A stretch of 64,000 bases of DNA from an uncultured delta proteobacterium (GCA_963840855.1 CAWJBB010000065.1:75856-139855); one strand, 5' to 3'. Positions 52,099 to 63,028 are shown, numbered from the stretch's first letter. The notes: generated by a model not told the origin, from the sequence alone. Made by a program: numbers and translations.

Positions 52099-53248
52099 TT
52101 ACAGAGAATAGAGCTTCGCGGCGTTGTCGAATAAAATTTCCCGCCTCTCATCGTCAGGCAACCCGCCGAAACACGCATCGATGTGCCGGCGAGAACTGGG
52201 CCAGGTCGAGTTGGCCAGCGGAAAGTTGGTCGACCATAGAATGTTCGAGGTGCCGAGATATTTTCGAACCCGCAGACTCGCGCGATCGTACCAGCAGGTA
52301 AAATAACACTGGCGCCGGAAAAGCTCCGAGGGTTTCAATGAATATCCTTCCGACTCCAAGCCGTCGGCCGCCGATTGATAGTCGGCGTACTCGATCTCGT
52401 AAGCGCCCCAGCCCAACGAGCTTTCGGCAAACACGACTTTTAGATTCGGAAAACGGTAGAGCACGCGCGAGAAAAGAAAATTTGCCAGCACGGCAATCGA
52501 ACTGACCGAACGCACTACCCCGCTGAAAGCCGCCGCCACCGCCGGCGAAAATCCTGCGCCGGGGCGCATTTGAATTCTGGGCGAAGCTCCCGCGTGAAAA
52601 CAGAGCGGCACATTCGAGCTCCTCACAGATGGCCCAAAGCGGATCATAAGCCGGCTCGTTAACGTGGGGCACGGCGCGCAGCTCCATCGGCGAGGCCGGA
52701 TAAATCACTCCTTTGTGGCCTTTGGCCACGGCGCGCTTGATCTCCGCGACGGTTCGCTCCATCGGCCAGATGGGCACGATACATTGGGGCACGAAACGCG
52801 GACTGATGCTCGCCCATTCCTCGATGAGCCAGTCGTTGTAGGCTTGCACGCATGCCAACTCTAAATCGGGATCTTCAAGCTTGCCAAAGCTCTCCGCCGC
52901 CAGGCCGCCGACGATCGGGTAGAGCACGGAGTAATCGACGTGGTCCAGGTCCATGGCCTTGAGCCGTTCCGCTGGGTCGTAAGCCATAGGCGGCACCTCT
53001 TCCCAGCGGCGCGGCTCGCGCTGAGGGTCGCCCATGAGCGCGCCGGCGATGGCGACTCCGGGCAGTGAAACGCGCTGTCCTCCGACTACCCAGCACTCGC
53101 TGCCGTCCGATTCGGTTATGACATGCGGTATGCCGTCGCCCCACTTCTGTTTGGACATGCGCGATGTCCAGACCTCGGGGTGTTCCTGCACATGGTCGTC
53201 GGCGCTGATCAGGCCGTACTTCAGTTCCATGGAATTTTGTCCATTCAT
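52099..53248 (-). CDS. Amidohydrolase-2 family protein (frameshift near 52615)
   Basis: ISADDH, AYNDWL, YDPLWA, then LCFHAG, RFPNLKVVFAESSLGW, WSTNFP. Confidence 0.85.
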
Positions 53249-53261
53249 CGGCGTGCCGAAT

Positions 53262-54404
53262 TCAAATCAGCCGATAAAGCCGCGCGGCGTTGCCAAACAG
53301 AATTTTTTCTCGATCCGCCGTTGGCACTCCCGCGAGGGAATGCTCCACGGCATCCCAAGAAGTTGGATAGGTCGAAGTGATATGGGGGAAATCGGATTCC
53401 CACAGAATGTTATCGACGCCGATATAGTCGCGTAGCTGCACGCCCACCGTCTCGAACCAGAAATCCACGAAGATTTGGCGCCGGAACAACTCGCTGGGTC
53501 TCGTGATCAATCCCTCGCTCCAAAGGTGGCGCTTTTGCCATTCGTGATCGCAGGCCTCGAGGACGGAACTCACCCAGCCCAAGCCGGTCTCGGCGAAGAC
53601 CCAATTGAGGCGCGGGAATCGTTCCAGCATGCCGGAGAAAATCAGGAAGGGAATAATTTGCGTCGCCGTACAAAAATTGCGCAGGGTGGAGACACAGTGC
53701 GACTGTCTGCGGGTGAAACCTTCCCAACGCGGCAAGGACAATTGACCTGCGAGCCCCGCGGAGGCATGGAGATGAACACCGACGCCGAGTTGCTGGCAAG
53801 CATCCCATAACGGATGCCAAAATGGATCGCCAAGGCTTTTTAGCCCCTTGGCCGCAACGCTCGGATCCGCCAGCATGTTGATTCCCATATGGCCGGCTTC
53901 GACCGCGCGCTCGGCTTCGGCGACGATGGTTTCAATCGGGCTCATAAAAGGCAATACCGCGAGTGGAATGAAGCGTTCGCTCACCCGGCGGAATTCGGCC
54001 AGCGCGTCGTTGTAAGCGCGCACGCAGGCCAGCTCGAAATCCGCATCGTCGTAGAAAAACGTTCCTCCCGGGCCATTGGGGAATAGCACTTCGGCATCGA
54101 CGCGGTCGCGGTCCAGCGCCTTGAGCCGGTGCGCGGGGTCATAGACTTCAAGCGGCACTTCCTCCCAGCGCTGCGGGTAGTATTTTCGGTCTGCCATCGC
54201 CGTCGGACAGTTGCAGACATTTCCTCCCTGGATCTCGCCATGCACCACCCAGCGCTCGACGGCGTGAGCGAATTTTTCTTCGCGCACTTCGACCACATGA
54301 GGTATGCGGTCGCCCCACTTGGATCCCGACATGCGGCTGGTATAGGCGTCCTTGCCGAGCTGGCCGTGGGAATCCGAGCTGATTAAGCCATATTTGATTT
54401 CCAT
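53262..54404 (-). CDS. Amidohydrolase-2 family protein
   Basis: ISSDSH, VHLH, ERFPRLNWVFAETGLGW, WESDFPH. Confidence 0.9.
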   Translation of the reverse strand: MEIKYGLISSDSHGQLGKDAYTSRMSGSKWGDRIPHVVEVREEKFAHAVERWVVHGEIQGGNVCNCPTAMADRKYYPQRWEEVPLEVYDPAHRLKALDRDRVDAEVLFPNGPGGTFFYDDADFELACVRAYNDALAEFRRVSERFIPLAVLPFMSPIETIVAEAERAVEAGHMGINMLADPSVAAKGLKSLGDPFWHPLWDACQQLGVGVHLHASAGLAGQLSLPRWEGFTRRQSHCVSTLRNFCTATQIIPFLIFSGMLERFPRLNWVFAETGLGWVSSVLEACDHEWQKRHLWSEGLITRPSELFRRQIFVDFWFETVGVQLRDYIGVDNILWESDFPHITSTYPTSWDAVEHSLAGVPTADREKILFGNAARLYRLI

Positions 54405-54442
54405 GTTCTATTCCTATTGCGGAACGACTACAGTCAATTGCC

Positions 54443-55606
54443 TTATTTTGCTTTTTGCTCCTTGGTTTCCACAACTTTCTTGACGAAATCAAAAACCGGA
54501 GTCAGATCCTGCCATTCCGGGCGACTGACATCAAAGTACCGCCTTCCCTCGATGAGCCGATTTGCCGGGTCGACATCGTCCTTGGGAATATCAATCCTGC
54601 GGGAATTAACCGCATCATCAGAAGTCCCTTCCTTTTGCACGGCAATTTGTCCCTTGCGAGACAGGTACCAGTTGATGAAAATTTTGGCGGCATTGGCATG
54701 GGGAGCTTTATTGGCTAGACTTAGCGATCCGCTAAGGGATATACGTCCCCCTTCCTTCCAGGCGCTGGTGTCGAGGGTGCCCACCGGCAATCCCTGCTTC
54801 TTCGCTCGAGCGATTTCATTGTTCCGGCAACCCAGACAAATGGAATAATTGCCCTGGGCGAGCCAGTCGAGCATCTGTCGCGGGTCCGCGCTGAAAGTTA
54901 CCTCCATACTGCCGAAGAATTTCTTCAAATATTCCTGACCCAGTTCCGGATGATAGTAAAGGAACTGCAACGTCGAACCCATAGTCGTCGATGTCGGGGT
55001 TAAAGAAACTATCTTGCCCTTCCATTTAGGATTGAGAACGTCCCAGTAAGATTTGAACTCGCTAGGATTTATCAATTTGCTGTTGTAATCGAATACCGAG
55101 CTTGGATTAGAGAGGTACACGAAAACATATTGACGTTCGGGATCGACGAATGGATACTCTCCTCCTAACCATTTCGAAGGATCCAGGACCTCGGGCAGGA
55201 TAAAAGTCGGTTTGAGCGGATCCAAAGCCTTCGCGCGGTAAAGAACGTTGAAGGCGGTGTTCGAGCCAACAGCAACCACGTCGGCCAGATATTTCCCGGC
55301 CCTTCTTTCCGCAATGATCCTCGCCGCTACGTCTGATGATCTCCCTCCGATCGAGGTTACCTTAATCTCAGGATATTCCGTCTTGAATGCTTCCAAAACT
55401 CGCTCATAAGTCGAAGCATAGACGGTAATTTGGCCTTCTGACTTCGCGGCCGCGAGCGTTTTCTCCCATTCTTTTTTCCAGTCTGTCTGACCATGGGCTG
55501 CTACCACTACCAACTGGGAGACCAGTCCGCACGAAGTAATTAAAGCAGCAAAAAATTTTGCTTTTGCGCACCGCATGATCGCTTGCCTCTTTATGAGTGC
55601 CTCCAA
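54443..55606 (-). CDS. Extracellular solute-binding protein
   Basis: Signal peptide; WEKTLAAAKSEG, AERRAGKYLAD, APHANAAKIFINW. Confidence 0.85.
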   Translation of the reverse strand: MEALIKRQAIMRCAKAKFFAALITSCGLVSQLVVVAAHGQTDWKKEWEKTLAAAKSEGQITVYASTYERVLEAFKTEYPEIKVTSIGGRSSDVAARIIAERRAGKYLADVVAVGSNTAFNVLYRAKALDPLKPTFILPEVLDPSKWLGGEYPFVDPERQYVFVYLSNPSSVFDYNSKLINPSEFKSYWDVLNPKWKGKIVSLTPTSTTMGSTLQFLYYHPELGQEYLKKFFGSMEVTFSADPRQMLDWLAQGNYSICLGCRNNEIARAKKQGLPVGTLDTSAWKEGGRISLSGSLSLANKAPHANAAKIFINWYLSRKGQIAVQKEGTSDDAVNSRRIDIPKDDVDPANRLIEGRRYFDVSRPEWQDLTPVFDFVKKVVETKEQKAK

Positions 55607-55734
55607 TGAATCAAGTCCGATTCCGGGGCGATCGTTTAGCCCCGGTTTCTAAACACATATGGCGGCATTCGCTACTCGGAGACGGCAGCGTTGTCTTAAA
55701 ACATTGAACTTTGAACCTTGAACCCGGAACCTGT

Positions 55735-56433
55735 TCAAGCCGCCGCCGACTCCGCGATCAGCGCCATGGCCGTCGCCAGCGCGCAACGATAAGCGCGGTC
55801 GATGGTTAGACTGTCCTGGGCCGCGCGGATCACCGCCTGCGCGGTTCTCTCGTCGACGACATAGTGATCGTAGATCGGCTCGAACATATCCGAATGATCT
55901 TCATCCGCCACCATATGCACTCGCGTGTTGATATCGAGCGATTCGATCGTTCCGCCTTGATCGGCGATGCGCTTGTGCGCGAAGCGTGCGGTAAAACCGC
56001 CGCCCTTCACGATGGCCGGATTGTTCTTGCGCTCGGTGATGTGGTTGACCGTGAGCGACTCGATCCACGGCCTCGTGGACGCCAGATACATCCAAGCCAT
56101 GATCGCCGCTCTGGCGCCGGGGTGGAGGTTAGTCTCCGCGGTGGCCTCGGCCATCTGCTGGTCGGTCAAATGCGCCGACCCCATGCGCTTGTCAAAAATC
56201 AACTCGTCTTTCTCGTGTTCCCAAATCGCCCGTTTGACGTCGAGCGGCGCATTCACCGCCGCCGCCCCCCAGCAATCGCGCCGGCTCTTGATATAATGCG
56301 GATAATGCAGATCCCAAATTTTCTGTCGCGCCGGCGTGAGTTTCACGGCAAACAATTGCCGGTACTCCGGAGTTTCGAAGTGGCGATTAACCATTTCATC
56401 GAGCTGCTCTCTGGTTTTCGGCCATAGACTCAT
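55735..56433 (-). CDS. Heme-oxygenase-like diiron protein, HDO-3 (divergent RRDCW group)
   Basis: KSRRDCW, EHEKDE..AH, ITERKN, VHMVADEDH. Confidence 0.68.
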   Translation of the reverse strand: MSLWPKTREQLDEMVNRHFETPEYRQLFAVKLTPARQKIWDLHYPHYIKSRRDCWGAAAVNAPLDVKRAIWEHEKDELIFDKRMGSAHLTDQQMAEATAETNLHPGARAAIMAWMYLASTRPWIESLTVNHITERKNNPAIVKGGGFTARFAHKRIADQGGTIESLDINTRVHMVADEDHSDMFEPIYDHYVVDERTAQAVIRAAQDSLTIDRAYRCALATAMALIAESAAA

Positions 56434-56760
56434 GAAAGCCTCCCTGTCCTGCTTCCTAAGAACGCTGCTGAATTACCGAACCAAAAGGCACGATTCCTTG
56501 TTTCGCCAGACTGCGCGAAAACTCCGTTCATGGTTCGACTGGGCTCACCACGAACGGATATGAGACCTTACAAATCAAACATTTAGCCGTTCGCCCTGAG
56601 CTTCGTCGAAGGGCTCCTAAAGAGTTTTCACACAGTCTGTCGCTCGGCATGACAGTCGATGCGTAATCGTCAGGAGTGCGTCATCCTGAGCGTCAGCGAA
56701 GGATCTCGGCCTCGATATACCCATTACTGCACCACTCCAATACTCCATCTCCCCGTTCTT

Positions 56761-57470
56761 TCACAACGGAATCTTCGCTTGCGCCTGCGCGATCCCTTTG
56801 CGGTACATGGCGTTGAAAGCGAGGGAGTCTCGGGCGGCTTGGATCGCCGGCGCTTCTTTCTTGCCGGTGGCGTGTTCGGCGAGGAACGGCAAAAACATAT
56901 CGCTATGCTTCTCGTCTGCTTGGCTGTGCGCCTGGAGGTTTGGGATCTCCTTCCACGAAAAGCCCATCTCGTCCATCCATTTTTTCGCCATGCGCGTGGA
57001 CTGTCCACCGCCCAGGTCGCCCAACAAGCGGTCATCGTTGCACCATTCCGTGATGGTCATACCGGCCAGCGATCGGTCCACGGCATTTCACTGGTCATCC
57101 ACGACCAGGCATAAAGCACCATGCGGGTTTCGGGCAAGGGTTCGGCGTTGATAATCTCTTCGGGTTCCAGGCCCACCGATTTCCCCTGGCGAATAATCAG
57201 GTGAAGGTGACCATAGTCGGAAAAATCATCACGGATAATTTCTTCGTACTCATGCTCGAGGATGCGCTGCTTGACCGCCATTATCGGGCAGTTCGCCGAG
57301 ACATGCGCCCAACAGTCGCGCCGGTGTCGGACGAACAAACTTTGCTGCTGCACCATGACAGCCGCTCGCGGCTTGTTCATCTTGATGGAAAAATAATATT
57401 CCAGTTCCGGCGAACGGATGTAGTCTCGCACCATCTTGCCCAGGCGATCTCGCCACTGCTTCTCGGTCAT
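56761..57470 (-). CDS. Heme-oxygenase-like diiron protein, HDO-4 (frameshift near 57085)
   Basis: RHRRDCW, HEYEE..YGH, then TEWCNDDR, AHSQADEKH; start overlaps the SBP stop (TAATG). Confidence 0.72.
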
Positions 57471-58459
57471 TACTTGCCTCCCCTGTAAAGCTTGTCGATG
57501 AAGCCTTCCTGAACCAAGCGGTCCACGATACGGTTGTCAAAGAGTTTCTCTTTGGCCGCCCCCTGGCTGCTAACCATCTCCAAGATGGTATCCACCGCCG
57601 CGGGATCGACCCGTGGAGTGGAGTCGAGATACTTGGTGACAAATTCATGGTGCGTTTCTGCCGCGCCTCCCCTTTGTCCCATGTACTTCGTGAGCATCTT
57701 CAGCGCCTGCGGCTTCCTGATTTTTAACGCAGCGATACCTTCGATGTAAGCCGCAACAATTCCTTCCACCGATTTCGGCGATTTTCGATAGTATTCGTTG
57801 CTGACGGCCAGCAGATTCATAGAAAAGGGAATTCCCAGTTCCGCGGCATCCACAAGCAGCTTCGCCTGGGGTCCAGGCGCCTGGGAAGCCACGCGGCCTT
57901 CCGCTTGTCTGGCGCGAAAACCAACATCGGCCTCGACTACTCCGCCGAATTGCCGAATCTCCACTTTCCCATCCAAGCCGAGCTTGCGTAGCACTAGCCG
58001 CGTAACAAAATCGCTGGTGGAGCCATAGCGCGTGATGGCGAGCGTTTTGCCCTGAAGTTGCTCAGCGCGTTGAATTTCCGGCTGCACCCATAGGGCCATG
58101 CCCGGCCGGCTCGTGTTACTGGCGACCGCAACGATGGGAGCGCCCTTGAGGGCGGCGGCGATCACTGCGTTGCTCGCGCCCAGCGCCGCGTGCACGCTGC
58201 CGCCGACCAGCGCCTGGATTGCCGTGGCTCCGGAGCTGATATGAACGAGATCGACATTCAAGCCGTTTCGTTCGAAAGCGCCGATCTCCTTTGCCATCCA
58301 GACCCCGGCCACACTCGGACTGATGGCGGCGTAGGCGATGGCGATTCTTTCTTTAGGAGCCTCGCCGGCGTCGGCATAGAATGGAGCGACTAACACTGCG
58401 CTTAGAGCGAGGCTACCCACCGAGAATATTTGTCGGATGCAAACTTTGATGCCGTTCAT
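57470..58459 (-). CDS. ABC substrate-binding protein (SsuA/NMT1-like)
   Basis: Signal peptide; WMAKEIGAF..GL, LQGKTLAITRYGS, EGFIDKLY. Confidence 0.87.
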   Translation of the reverse strand: MNGIKVCIRQIFSVGSLALSAVLVAPFYADAGEAPKERIAIAYAAISPSVAGVWMAKEIGAFERNGLNVDLVHISSGATAIQALVGGSVHAALGASNAVIAAALKGAPIVAVASNTSRPGMALWVQPEIQRAEQLQGKTLAITRYGSTSDFVTRLVLRKLGLDGKVEIRQFGGVVEADVGFRARQAEGRVASQAPGPQAKLLVDAAELGIPFSMNLLAVSNEYYRKSPKSVEGIVAAYIEGIAALKIRKPQALKMLTKYMGQRGGAAETHHEFVTKYLDSTPRVDPAAVDTILEMVSSQGAAKEKLFDNRIVDRLVQEGFIDKLYRGGK

Positions 58460-58672
58460 TGGATTGAGCTCGCCAAAAGACTATGACCTTCGATCCCACG
58501 GACTGCGCAAAACAAAAAGTTAGTCATGCCCGCGAAAGCGGGCATCCAGGCCTATCCCAGTGCGATCACGGGTAAAAAGACTAGATTCCCCCCGTGGAAG
58601 ATCGGGTCATTCTTCCACGGGGCGGGAATGACCAACAAGACCCCGTTTCTTAAACCGAACCAAATCAGGCGT

Positions 58673-59379
58673 TCACGGCAGCTTCTCCATCGCGTCGGCC
58701 AGTCCGGCCTGATACATGCGGTAGAGTTCTTCCGACTCCTTCGCCGCCTGGAGAATGAGCGCTTGGTTTTCTTCCTTGCCGTATTCCTCCCAGACCGGCA
58801 GAAACATATCCACATGTCCCTTGTCGGCTTCGCGATGGGCTCGCCAATTGGGCAAGTCGTCCCAAGTGATGCCCAACTGATCGACCCAGCGCTGCCCCAT
58901 GCGAAAGGCGTGGCCGCCGCCGATATCGGCGAGGAGCCGGTCGTCCTGGTTCCATTCGGTCATGCTCATGGCCGAGAGTCCGGCGAGCCAGTTTTGCTTC
59001 TTGCAGATCCAACCCCATGCATACAGCGTGGCCGTGGTACTCGGGAGCAGCTTGGCATCCAAGATATCGTCGGCGCGCAAACCTATGGCTTTACCCTGGC
59101 GAATAATCAAATCGAGATGTCCATGTTCGGAGTGCTGGTCGCGGATCACCTCCTCGTACTCATGGGCGAGAATTATTTGCTTCACTGCCAGCAGCGGGCA
59201 ATTCCCCGAGACATAGGCCCAGCAGTCTCTGCGGTGCCGGACGTAGAGCGAAAGCTGAGAGAGAATCAGTTGCGCTCTCGTCCGGGTGATAGGAATGGAA
59301 AAATAGCGCTCCAGCTCCGGCGACAGCATAGTTTGCCGGGCGAGTTCGCCGAAAGCCGCGGACCAACCCTAGCATCCAT
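58673..59379 (-). CDS. Heme-oxygenase-like diiron protein, HDO-5 (5' frameshift)
   Basis: RHRRDCW, HEYEE..EHGH, TEWNQDDR, AHREADKGH. Confidence 0.72.
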
Positions 59380-59469
59380 TATGAATTCCTTCAGTTTCAG
59401 CAGTTATGCCGGGTAAAATCGGGTTTCGAGTTTACCGGTTTAAACGCTCAGACTCGATAACCCACGACT

Positions 59470-60189
59470 CTAAACTGATTTGCACGCCAACTTTTCCATT
59501 TCGTTGGCGATTCCAAAACGGAACATTTTGAGCAGCTCCATGGATTCCCTGGCGGCTTGGTAAGCCAGCGCTTCTTTGTCGCCGGTGGCGAATCGCTCGA
59601 GGTCTTCCAGAAACATGTCGCTATGTTCTTCATCCGCCTGGCTATGAACTTTGAAATTGGGCATTTGCTCCCAGCCAAAGCCAAGATCGTCCATCCAACG
59701 CTTGGCCATGCGGCTCGACAGCCCACCGCCGACATCGTGCAGCAACCGGTCGTCGTTGGCCCATTCGGTGACCGTCAGAGAGGTCATCCCTTCCAGCCAG
59801 CTTTTTTCTCGCGTCATCCAACCCCACGCATAGAGAGTGGCCATAGTCGAGGGCAAGGGTTCGACATTCAGAACCTGATCGGGCGTCAATCCCAACGCCT
59901 TTCCCTGGCGCACGATCAATTCCAAATGCCCATGCTCTGCGTAATTGTCTTTGATGACCTCGCCGTATTCATGCTGCAGGATCTTTTGTTTTACCGACAT
60001 ATGCGGACAGTTCCCTGAAACATAAGCCCAACAATCGCGCCGGTGGCGAATAAAGAGACCCAACTGGGTGATCAAGACCTGAGCGCCGGGCTTGGTGATC
60101 TTGACCCGAAAATAATGATCCAATTCCGGCGAGCGCATCGCCTGGCGGACAACTTCGCCGAGCTCGCGCCGCCACTCAGCTTGCTTCAT
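59470..60189 (-). CDS. Heme-oxygenase-like diiron protein, HDO-6
   Basis: RHRRDCW, HEYGE..EHGH, TEWANDDR, VHSQADEEH. Confidence 0.75.
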   Translation of the reverse strand: MKQAEWRRELGEVVRQAMRSPELDHYFRVKITKPGAQVLITQLGLFIRHRRDCWAYVSGNCPHMSVKQKILQHEYGEVIKDNYAEHGHLELIVRQGKALGLTPDQVLNVEPLPSTMATLYAWGWMTREKSWLEGMTSLTVTEWANDDRLLHDVGGGLSSRMAKRWMDDLGFGWEQMPNFKVHSQADEEHSDMFLEDLERFATGDKEALAYQAARESMELLKMFRFGIANEMEKLACKSV

Positions 60190-60303
60190 AATAAATTTCC
60201 TCGATTGCTTGGTTAAAGTGTTTGTCTATTTGAGATCCCTCACTTGGTTCGGGATGACGCCGCGAATGAGAATGAACACCGATGCCAGAACAAAGCAGCG
60301 GCG

Positions 60304-61371
60304 TCACTTATATAACTTTTCTACGAACCCCTCTTTAATGATCCGGTCGATGACCATGTTGTCGAAAAAATCGTTGACCGGGAGCTCGCCCTTCCCTTCC
60401 CAATTGAGCACCGTTTGAATGACCGCGGGCTCCACCCGCGCGTGACGGTCGAGGTACTTGACTGCATATTCGTAGGCTTCGTCCAGCGAATCGCCGGCCC
60501 CGAGCAAGTATTTCGCCAGAACCTTATAGGCCAGATCCTTCCTGGTTCTGAGCGCCGCAACGCCTTCGACATACGCTTTGAGCATCCCTTCGACGGTTTT
60601 CGGTGAGGTTTTGTAAAAATCCCGCTTTACCGCGATGAGATCCATGGAAAAAGGAATTCCCAAGTCCGGCAGGTCCACCAGCATGCGAGTTTTTGGACCG
60701 GGTTTCATGCTTCTCACCGCGCCGGCGACCATGCCGGTGCGGACGGCCACATCCACTTCGCGGGTGCCGCCCATCGGCTGAATTTTGACTTTGTCCTGGA
60801 GGCCGAATTTTTCCAGCACGAATTGCGTCAAAAAATGAGTCGAGGAACCGTGGCGGGTAATCGCAAGCACTTTCCCCTGAAGCTGTTCAGGCCGGGTGAT
60901 TTCTGGCTGAACGAACAAACTCATGGCCGGCCGGTTGGTGATGCTGCCAACGGCAACCAATGGAGCGCCCCGGAGAATCGAGCTGACGACGGCATTGCTC
61001 GCGGCAACGGACATATCCAGATTGCCGCCCACCATCGCCTGGACCGTGATGCTTCCGGAGCTGATGTAAATCAGATCGGCTTTCAAGCCTTGCTTCTCGA
61101 AGGCTCCCGTCTCCTTCGCCATCCAGACTCCGGCAAAGATCGGGCTCACCGCGGAATAGGCGACGGCAACCTTCGCCGGCGTCTGCGCCGGCGAAGCCTT
61201 GGGTAGTGCGAGCAGGAGGATTGAGAGGAGAACGCAGCCCAGCACCTGAGCTAATCGCCCGCAAGAAGCGGCGCGCCGAGCAGAGCACAAATCTCTCCGT
61301 CTCCTCTTTTGCAAAGAGGGGTTATGAATCACCCGAGGATCTTGAACTCTGCAATTAACCTCTTGGTACAT
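60304..61371 (-). CDS. ABC substrate-binding protein (paralog of 57470-58459)
   Basis: YSAVSP..WMAKETGAF, LQGKVLAITRHGS, EGFVEKLY; start approximate. Confidence 0.85.
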   Translation of the reverse strand: MYQEVNCRVQDPRVIHNPSLQKRRRRDLCSARRAASCGRLAQVLGCVLLSILLLALPKASPAQTPAKVAVAYSAVSPIFAGVWMAKETGAFEKQGLKADLIYISSGSITVQAMVGGNLDMSVAASNAVVSSILRGAPLVAVGSITNRPAMSLFVQPEITRPEQLQGKVLAITRHGSSTHFLTQFVLEKFGLQDKVKIQPMGGTREVDVAVRTGMVAGAVRSMKPGPKTRMLVDLPDLGIPFSMDLIAVKRDFYKTSPKTVEGMLKAYVEGVAALRTRKDLAYKVLAKYLLGAGDSLDEAYEYAVKYLDRHARVEPAVIQTVLNWEGKGELPVNDFFDNMVIDRIIKEGFVEKLYK

Positions 61372-61403
61372 GACTCTACCAGAATTTTTAAAGAAGCAGG
61401 CTG

Positions 61404-61529
61404 GCAGGCTGCTCAAAACGATCTCAGAGGCGAGGCGCGCGAAGATCGATGAGCGGAGGCGTACTCCTGTACGTTGACGCGAAATCGATCAAGCGCAACG
61501 AAGCATATGAGTCGTTTTCAGCAGCCTGC
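61404..61529. mobile_element. MITE-like element of about 126 bp with 18 bp terminal inverted repeats
   Basis: GCAGGCTGCTCAAAACGA ... TCGTTTTCAGCAGCCTGC (one mismatch). Confidence 0.65.
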
Positions 61530-61880
61530 CTAGATCGGCCAACCGTGCTCGGACACATCCACGCGGTTGCCTTCGTTGTCCTTGATCCAACTTTCGGCAA
61601 CGGCGCCGAAAGTGTTGGCTTCAGCTTTAGTGTCGGCGATCTTCTCGATCTCGCTCACGCTGTCGACCTTGAAACCAAAGTGGTTGATGCCCCAGGGATA
61701 CTTATCGGTGCTGATCAGCGCGAGATCGAAATGGCCGTCGGAAAGATAGATCGTGCCGCTCGGCCCGCGATACTTTTCTTCCATGCCGAAAATTTTCTTG
61801 TAATACTCCGCGCTCTTCTCTCGGTCGGCGACGTTAAGCGCGATATGCCTGATTCTTGGCTTTTCCATATAATCCTCCAT
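61530..61880 (-). CDS. VOC/glyoxalase-family protein (paralog of 51717-52070)
   Basis: RHIAL, YLSDG, GINHFGFKVD, DNEGNRVD..GWP. Confidence 0.88.
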   Translation of the reverse strand: MEDYMEKPRIRHIALNVADREKSAEYYKKIFGMEEKYRGPSGTIYLSDGHFDLALISTDKYPWGINHFGFKVDSVSEIEKIADTKAEANTFGAVAESWIKDNEGNRVDVSEHGWPI

Positions 61881-62080
61881 TTAGATTCCTCTCACGGTCT
61901 TCAACTCCATCTTCCATTCTCGATCTTCCATCCTCGACTAGTGAACTGTAACGCCCTGCGTTGCCGTTCATGGTTCGAGAGCTCACCACGAACGGTTTGC
62001 CTTGACTCGTCCTCACCCTGAGCTTGTCGACGGGACTTCTTCGAACTTAAACGTGAAACCAAGCTGTCACGCCTAGTACG

Positions 62081-62795
62081 CTAGTTCAACGGCACCTTCT
62101 CCATCGCCCGCGCCACTCCCTCGCGATAGAGCGCGAAAAGATCGAGAGACTCCTTTCACGGCGTCGAGCGCCGTCTTTTCTTTTTCTCCCGTCGCGTATT
62201 CTTCGAGAAACGGTAGAAACATGTCGCTATGCTCTTCATCCGCCTGGCGGTGCACGTCGAAGTTCGGCATGTCGCGCCACTGCATCCCCATATCCTCCAT
62301 CCAGCGCTTGCCCATGCGCGTGGAATGGCCGCCGCCGAGATCGTTCAACAGACGGTCGTCGTTGGTCCACTCGGTCACCGTCAACGCTGCAAGCCCTTCG
62401 AGCCAGCTTTTCTCCCTTGTGATCCATCCCCAGGCATAGAGCGTCGCCGTGGTCGTTGGAATGGGTTTTACGCTCAAGCATTCCTCCGGCGTCATGCCGA
62501 CCTTTTGCGCCTGCTTTACGATGAGTTGGAGATGGCCGTACTCGGAATACTGGTCTTTGATGACTTCGCCAAATTCATGTTCGAGAATTTTTTGCTTGAT
62601 CGCCATGATCGGACAGTTTCCCGACACATGGGACCAGCAATCCCGGCGGTGGCGAATATAAAGCCCGAGCTGGGAAATCATGAGCTGCGCCCGCGGCTGG
62701 TTCATCTTGACGGAAAAATAATGCTCCAGTTCAGGCGAGCGCATATGGTCGCGCACCATCTCGCCGATAACCTTGCGCCATTCCGGGACCTGCAT
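62081..62795 (-). CDS. Heme-oxygenase-like diiron protein, HDO-7 (3' frameshift near 62152)
   Basis: RHRRDCW, HEFGE..EYGH, TEWTNDDR, VHRQADEEH. Confidence 0.75.
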
Positions 62796-63028
62796 TAGGA
62801 CTCTCCTTCAATCTTATCCTGTTAACGTAGGCATCTCCTGTATATAAAAATTCGCCCCGGCTGCCAAACGGACTCCCGTCTGCAAAAACCTCATGGCCTC
62901 ACCCGAGGTAAAAAAGGCTCGAGAACCATTCGACGTCTCACTCCATTTTAGGTTTTCGTCTGCGGGGCCGCTTTTAGATAGAACTGAGAGTGCTCTGATT
63001 GTTTTTCGAAACAACGCTGTTTCCCGCG

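Noticed and set aside
1563-62795. Programmed frameshifting or mass pseudogenisation (ORF6N, WYL, SLT, TctC, CoxL-like, SBP, amidohydrolase, three HDOs)
   Set aside because: Breaks are mostly single-base indels, often in short homopolymers, across unrelated and otherwise intact genes; long-read error is the simplest explanation, though reads are needed to confirm.
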